A stretch of DNA of 32,227 bases from positions 1 to 32,227 of the forward strand of contig JAYUUO010000188.1 of the NCBI GenBank assembly GCA_043754515.1, read 5' to 3'. Made by a program: the position numbers and the translations under genes. Below are positions 27,445 through 32,227 of this stretch, one piece after another (positions within the stretch are counted from its first letter, which is position 1; every line of letters starts with the position of its first letter). Source of the stretch: Armatimonadota bacterium (lineage in GTDB: Bacteria; Armatimonadota; Armatimonadia; Armatimonadales; Armatimonadaceae). The notes below the pieces were generated by a model that had not been told where the DNA came from, did not search any database, and worked only from the letters and a program-made list of their open reading frames with translations.

Positions 27445-28392
27445 CCGCACTATTTGCTCGGGCGACAGATTCCAGCCGACCGCGCCCAGATTCTGCTTGA
27501 GTTGCGCCTCGTCCCGCGCCCCGATCACGAGTGTAGCCACTGTCGGGCGGGAAAGTAGCCAGTTCAGCGCGATCTGCGGAATCGTTTTGCCCGTCTCTTC
27601 CGCCACGGCGTCGAGCATGTCAACGACCCGGTAGAGGTACTCGTCATCTACCGGCGGCCCACTCTCGACCACCGTTCGTGATTGAAGGCGGCTCCCTTCG
27701 GGGATCGGCTGGCCGCGCCGGATCTTGCCCGTGAGCCGCCCCCAGCCGAGCGGACTCCAGACCACGGTGCCGACCTTCTGATCAATGGCGAGCGGCATCA
27801 ACTCCCATTCGTAGTCGCGCCCGATCAGCGAGTAGTACGCCTGATGCGCTACGAAGCGCGGCAGTCCATACCGCTCCGACAAATCCAGTGCCTTCATCAG
27901 GTGCCACCCGGAGTAGTTAGAGCAGCCGATATAGCGGATTTTGCCCGCCCGCACCATCTCGCCCAGCGTTTGCAGGGTCTCCTCTAGCGGCGTCAGGGCG
28001 TCGAACGAATGCAGTTGGAACAAGTCAATGTAATCCGTCCCGAGGCGACGCAGACTCGCGTTGATCGTCTGCGTCAGGTGGATGCGCGAGGAGCCGGTTC
28101 CGTTCGGTCCCGGGTCCGTGCGAAAACCGGCTTTGGTAGAGATCAGCACGCTATCGCGCCGCCCCTTGATCGCCGCGCCCAGGATCGTCTCCGCGTCGCC
28201 GCTTGAGTAAACGTCGGCGGAATCGAACAGCGTCAGGCCCGCGTCGAGGCAGACGTCAACGAGCCGCGTCGCCCCCGCAATGTCCGTACTCCCCCACGCT
28301 TTGAAGAAGTCGTTCGTTCCGCCGAAGGTGCCCGTGCCGAGGGAAAGCACCGGTACTTTGAAGCCCGATGCGCCTAGTAGTCTGTGTTCCAT
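27364..28392 (-). CDS. Aldo/keto reductase
   Basis: LSLGTGTFG, FDSADVYS, ISTK, SLRRLGTDYIDLFQLH, GKIRYIGCSN, WSPLGWGRLTGK. Confidence 0.96.
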   Translation of the reverse strand: MEHRLLGASGFKVPVLSLGTGTFGGTNDFFKAWGSTDIAGATRLVDVCLDAGLTLFDSADVYSSGDAETILGAAIKGRRDSVLISTKAGFRTDPGPNGTGSSRIHLTQTINASLRRLGTDYIDLFQLHSFDALTPLEETLQTLGEMVRAGKIRYIGCSNYSGWHLMKALDLSERYGLPRFVAHQAYYSLIGRDYEWELMPLAIDQKVGTVVWSPLGWGRLTGKIRRGQPIPEGSRLQSRTVVESGPPVDDEYLYRVVDMLDAVAEETGKTIPQIALNWLLSRPTVATLVIGARDEAQLKQNLGAVGWNLSPEQIVRLDAASATTKAYPYWHQDGFDRNPSPV

Positions 28393-28473
28393 GGGTCGAA
28401 TATACCCGCCGCGTGCCTTTTCCAAGACGGGACAGGAAATCGCCCGCCGTTTCGCGAATAGGATCTCAACACT

Positions 28474-28935
28474 ATGCCAAACTACTGGCTGATCAAAAGC
28501 GAACCCGGTGCTTACTCCATTGACGACCTGAGGAAAGACGGCACGACATGCTGGGACGGCGTACGTAACTTCCAGGCACGTAATACCATGCGCGACGGTA
28601 TGCGGGTCGGCGACAGGTTACTCTTCTACCACTCGAACGCCGCGCCGTCCGCGGTGGTCGGTCTCGCCGAGGTTGCCCGCGACGCCTACCCCGATCACAC
28701 CGCCTGGGAGCCGGGCGGCGCGCACCGCGACCCGAAATCGTCGCCCGATTCTCCGATCTGGCTGATGGTGGATGTCGGCTACGTCGCCACGTTCGACACC
28801 GCCGTGACACTCGCGGCCGTGAAGGAGGACGCGGAGCTTGTCGGCATGGAACTGGCGCGGAAAGGGAGCCGCCTATCGGTGCAGCCGGTTTCGGAGGCGC
28901 ATTTCAAACGGATTTGTGTTCTGGCAGGGTATTGA
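28474..28935 (+). CDS. EVE domain protein
   Basis: YWLIKSEP, WDGVRNFQARN, FYHSN, RLSVQPV. Confidence 0.95.
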   Translation: MPNYWLIKSEPGAYSIDDLRKDGTTCWDGVRNFQARNTMRDGMRVGDRLLFYHSNAAPSAVVGLAEVARDAYPDHTAWEPGGAHRDPKSSPDSPIWLMVDVGYVATFDTAVTLAAVKEDAELVGMELARKGSRLSVQPVSEAHFKRICVLAGY

Positions 28936-29015
28936 CGTGCGCGAGGAGAAACAACGGGCGGGTATAACATAGAAACGCAGTAAATACCCGCACTATTTTC
29001 GAGGAACCAACTATT

Positions 29016-30863
29016 ATGCCTGACGCGCAAACGATCCAAGCGTACAAAGACTTAGCCGCGCAACTCCGCGCCGATTCGATCCGATGTACCACCGCCGCCG
29101 GTTCGGGACACCCGACCTCCGGCATGTCCGCCGCCGACCTGATGGCGGTGCTGGCAATCTCGTATCTGAAGTACGACTTCCAGAACCCGAAGCACCCGAA
29201 CAACGACCACCTGATATTCAGCAAGGGACACGCCTGCCCCGTTCTCTACGCGCTCTACAAAGCGGTCGGCGCGATTTCCGACGCGGAACTGCTGACGCTC
29301 CGCCAGTTCTCATCCCGGCTCGAGGGCCACCCGACCCCCGAGATCCCGTACGTGGACGCCGCGACCGGCTCGCTCGGTCAGGGGCTACCGATCGGCGCGG
29401 GCATCGCCGTCGCCGGGAAGTACATTGACAAGCTGCCATATAAGGTTTGGGTGGTCTGCGGCGACTCTGAAATGGCGGAAGGCTCCATCTACGAGGCACT
29501 GGAAATCGCCAAACACTACGAGCTAAGAAACCTGGTCGCGATCATTGACGTGAACAAACTAGGCCAGCGCGGCGAGACCGCGCTCGGGCACGACATGGAG
29601 GCGTACAAAGCTCGCTTCGAGGCGTTCGGCTGGCACGGCATCATCGTGGACGGCCACGACGTCGCGGCGGTTGACGCCGCCTTCGCCGAGGCGATGACCG
29701 CGACCAAGCCCGTCGGCATCCTCGCGAAGACGGACAAGGGACACGGCGTGTCCTTCACGTCCGGCCAGCCTGGATGGCACGGCAAAGCGATGAACAAGGA
29801 GCAGGAGACGCAGGCACTCGCCGAACTCGGTAATCCGAAGGGCGATATCGTGATCACGACGCACAAACCCGAAGACCTGCACCCCGCCCCGCTCGCCGCG
29901 CCCGCCGACTTCGTCGCGCCGTCCTACAATATCGGCGATAAATACGCGGTCCGTCAGGCGTATGGCGACGCGCTCAAGGCACTCGGCGCGTCCCGCCCCG
30001 ACGTGTTCGCGCTCGACGCCGAAGTATCCAACTCGACGTTCGCGGAAACGTTCAAGAAGCAATATCCGGATCGGTTCTTCGAGACCTATATTGCCGAACA
30101 GGTGCTGGTCTCGCTCGCCCAGGGCATCTCGGCGCGCGGCTACACCGCGTTCTGCTCGACATTCGCGGCCTTCTTCGCCCGCGCGTTTGATCAGGTGCGC
30201 ATGGCGGCGGTGTCGCGGGCGAGTCTGCATCTCGTCGGCTCGCACGCGGGCGTGTCCATCGGCGAGGACGGGCCGTCGCAGATGGCACTGGAGGACCTGG
30301 CGATATTTCGGGCCGTTCACGGGTCGGCGGTGCTGTATCCCTCGGACGCGGTGTCCACGATCCACCTGGTGAAAGAGATGGCCGAGCGCAAAGGGATCTC
30401 CTACATGCGCACCACCCGCGAGAAGACTGCCGTGCTCTACGGGCCGGATGAGACCTTCCCCATCGGCGGCTCGAAGACGCTACGCACCTCGAACGCCGAC
30501 AAGGCGACCCTGATCGGCGCGGGAATCACGCTCCAGGAATCGCTCAAAGCGGCGGATCTGCTCGCGGGCGAGGGGATCGCGGTTCGCGTGATTGACCTCT
30601 ACTCGGTGAAGCCGATTGACTGGTCGGCCATCGTTTCGGCGGTACAGGATACGAACCACATCATCGTGACCGAGGATCACTGGGCGCAAGGCGGGATCGG
30701 CGACGCGGTGGCGAGCGTTCTAGCCGAAGCCAATGTCCCGCTAGCAAAGTTCACGCACCTGTGCATCAAGGAGATGCCTCGCTCCGGCAAGCCGGATGAG
30801 TTACTCGCGCACTATGGCATTGATGCGCACGCGATAGTTGCGGCGGTCAAGTCGGGCATGTAA
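29016..30863 (+). CDS. tkt: Transketolase (short, ~615-aa type)
   Basis: SGHPTS, SKGHA, EGHP, TGSLGQG, GDSEMAEG...N TPP motif, IAEQ, GEDGPSQ. Confidence 0.96.
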   Translation: MPDAQTIQAYKDLAAQLRADSIRCTTAAGSGHPTSGMSAADLMAVLAISYLKYDFQNPKHPNNDHLIFSKGHACPVLYALYKAVGAISDAELLTLRQFSSRLEGHPTPEIPYVDAATGSLGQGLPIGAGIAVAGKYIDKLPYKVWVVCGDSEMAEGSIYEALEIAKHYELRNLVAIIDVNKLGQRGETALGHDMEAYKARFEAFGWHGIIVDGHDVAAVDAAFAEAMTATKPVGILAKTDKGHGVSFTSGQPGWHGKAMNKEQETQALAELGNPKGDIVITTHKPEDLHPAPLAAPADFVAPSYNIGDKYAVRQAYGDALKALGASRPDVFALDAEVSNSTFAETFKKQYPDRFFETYIAEQVLVSLAQGISARGYTAFCSTFAAFFARAFDQVRMAAVSRASLHLVGSHAGVSIGEDGPSQMALEDLAIFRAVHGSAVLYPSDAVSTIHLVKEMAERKGISYMRTTREKTAVLYGPDETFPIGGSKTLRTSNADKATLIGAGITLQESLKAADLLAGEGIAVRVIDLYSVKPIDWSAIVSAVQDTNHIIVTEDHWAQGGIGDAVASVLAEANVPLAKFTHLCIKEMPRSGKPDELLAHYGIDAHAIVAAVKSGM

Positions 30864-30869
30864 AACCCG

Positions 30870-30901
30870 GAGTCGGCGCGGGGGCAATCCCGCGCCGACT
30901 C
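30870..30901 (+). terminator. GC-rich hairpin after tkt
   Basis: gagtcggcgcggg / cccgcgccgactc, 13-bp stem with a GCAA-containing loop; weak U-tract. Confidence 0.6.
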
Positions 30902-30978
30902 GTTATGATACTCAGGGAGAAGCAACCAATTTCCCCATAGAGGGTGCGCTTAACCTGCTCGGGGGATACAATGCCCGC

Positions 30979-31899
30979 ATGAAACGCGCCCTTTTCCTGT
31001 TGCTCCCGTTGGTTTTCGTCGCCGGTTGCCGGATCACGCCGCGCGGCCCGCTGTCGGTAGCGCGAAAAGGGTTCGTGACGCGGGTCGCCGCGAAGCACGT
31101 GCCCGGCACGCCCCCGGTAGTCCCCCCGCCCGCTTCCGGACTCCAGCTCGTCTCGTACGCGGCGGATCCCGGCGACATGCCCGCGTACCTGAGCACCATC
31201 CCCGGCGACGGTGCCAAACACCCTGCTATCGTCTGGATCACTGGCGGCGACTGCAATAGCATTGACGACGGCGTCTGGGCGGACGCGCCGCCGACGAACG
31301 ACCAGACCGCGCGCGCCTTTCGTGAGGCGGGCGTGGTCACCATGTACCCTTCGCTACGCGGAGGGAACAATAGCCCCGGTGCCAAAGAAGGGTTCTACGG
31401 CGAGACGGATGATGTAGCGGCGGCGGCGCGGTTCCTCGCGAAACAACCGGGGATTGACCCCAAGCGCATCTACCTCGGCGGACATAGCACGGGTGGAACG
31501 CTCGCTCTGCTCACGGCGGAGCGGTACCCCGGGCAGTTCCGCGCCGCGTTCTGCTTCGGGCCGGTGGATAAGGTCTCCCGGTATGGCGATGACTACTTCC
31601 CGGAGCTTGCCCACGCCAGCCTGAAGGAAACTCAACTCCGCTCGCCCCGCTACTGGCTCGCCTCACTTGCTAGCCCGACGTTCGTGATCGAGGGTTCCGA
31701 GTTGGGGAACGCGTCCAGTTTGAGGATCATGCGCCGACTGACCCGGAATAAGTTCGCGCACTTCTCTATTGTGCCGGGCGCGACGCATTTCAGCGTCCTC
31801 GCCCCCGCGACACGGCTGATCGCGCAAAAGATCGTGAGCGACGACGCAGCCACGGTGAACATATCGCTCTCCGACGCCGAACTCGCCGCGAGCCGGTAG
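30979..31899 (+). CDS. Lipoprotein alpha/beta hydrolase (S9 peptidase-like)
   Basis: Lipobox VAGC; PSLRGGN; GIDPKRIYLGGHSTGG nucleophile; GATHFS catalytic His; ATG at 30979. Confidence 0.9.
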   Translation: MKRALFLLLPLVFVAGCRITPRGPLSVARKGFVTRVAAKHVPGTPPVVPPPASGLQLVSYAADPGDMPAYLSTIPGDGAKHPAIVWITGGDCNSIDDGVWADAPPTNDQTARAFREAGVVTMYPSLRGGNNSPGAKEGFYGETDDVAAAARFLAKQPGIDPKRIYLGGHSTGGTLALLTAERYPGQFRAAFCFGPVDKVSRYGDDYFPELAHASLKETQLRSPRYWLASLASPTFVIEGSELGNASSLRIMRRLTRNKFAHFSIVPGATHFSVLAPATRLIAQKIVSDDAATVNISLSDAELAASR

Positions 31900-31948
31900 C
31901 GGCGGCTTACCCTCGCGCCGTTGGTCTCGCGCCCCGCTTGCCATCCCC

Positions 31949-32227
31949 TTACCCGGCGTTGTAATGAAGTACGCCCTCCTCGCCCGCGTCGAGGTGCGCG
32001 GAGAGGGCCTCCCACCCTTCGTCGGTCATCGCGTACCCGGGTCGGCGAACGGCTTCCTGAACCCTCCCACGAGGCCCTCCTGCTGGCCGTAGCACCCGAC
32101 GTTGATCGTGGAAAGGATCACCAAGCCACCCGGCTTCAGCCACTTGAGGTAGAGCGCGGCGAGTTCGCCCCGCCGCTTGGTGCCCTGCGTCTGCGCGAAG
32201 CGAACGTCAAAGATCACGTCGAACGGG
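31949..32227 (-). pseudogene. 3' part of a class I SAM-dependent methyltransferase-like gene, apparently frameshifted near 32040
   Basis: PFDVIFDVRF...WLKPGGLVILST motif. The frame stops at 32026, but a neighbouring frame continues GYAMTDEGWEALSAHLDAG...NAG* to 31949. The 5' end lies outside the window. Confidence 0.5.

Noticed and set aside
1..32227. CRISPR array, tRNA/rRNA, integrase or a complete defence island
   Set aside because: No regularly spaced repeats, cloverleaf or recombinase motifs were seen. The HNH, helicase, xisHI and EVE genes are not co-operonic, and the HNH protein is secreted.

Overview
GC-rich bacterial chromosomal segment, most likely Armatimonadota. This is inferred from a prepilin/DUF1559/H-X9-DG protein with [23 protein letters not shown], a GntR-HTH/LacI-sensor hybrid regulator and a PEP-CTERM-like protein. 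Intact genes include a DsbA/peroxiredoxin/nitroreductase redox cluster, a LacI regulator, a coupled MctB(SteB)-like/GT2/MraY-WecA-like operon, recN, a parvulin PPIase, a secreted HNH protein, a UvrD/PcrA helicase, a PlpD-like patatin, an aldo/keto reductase, an EVE protein, transketolase and a lipoprotein hydrolase. Reading beyond the ORF track shows several decayed accessory genes: a frameshifted HI1419/HI1420-type toxin-antitoxin pair, xisH/xisI, DUF4142, a thioredoxin-like fragment and probably a methyltransferase. The best candidates for undescribed biology are: (i) an ~800-nt hairpin-dense non-coding block containing a 183-bp element bounded by perfect 16-bp inverted repeats; (ii) the steA-less SteB/GT2/PNPT envelope operon near recN; (iii) a small Zn-ribbon protein with a ~210-nt structured leader; and (iv) a recurring leaderless-promoter architecture. 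No CRISPR array, rRNA, tRNA or transposase was seen. All family calls come from motif recognition by eye, not from database searches.
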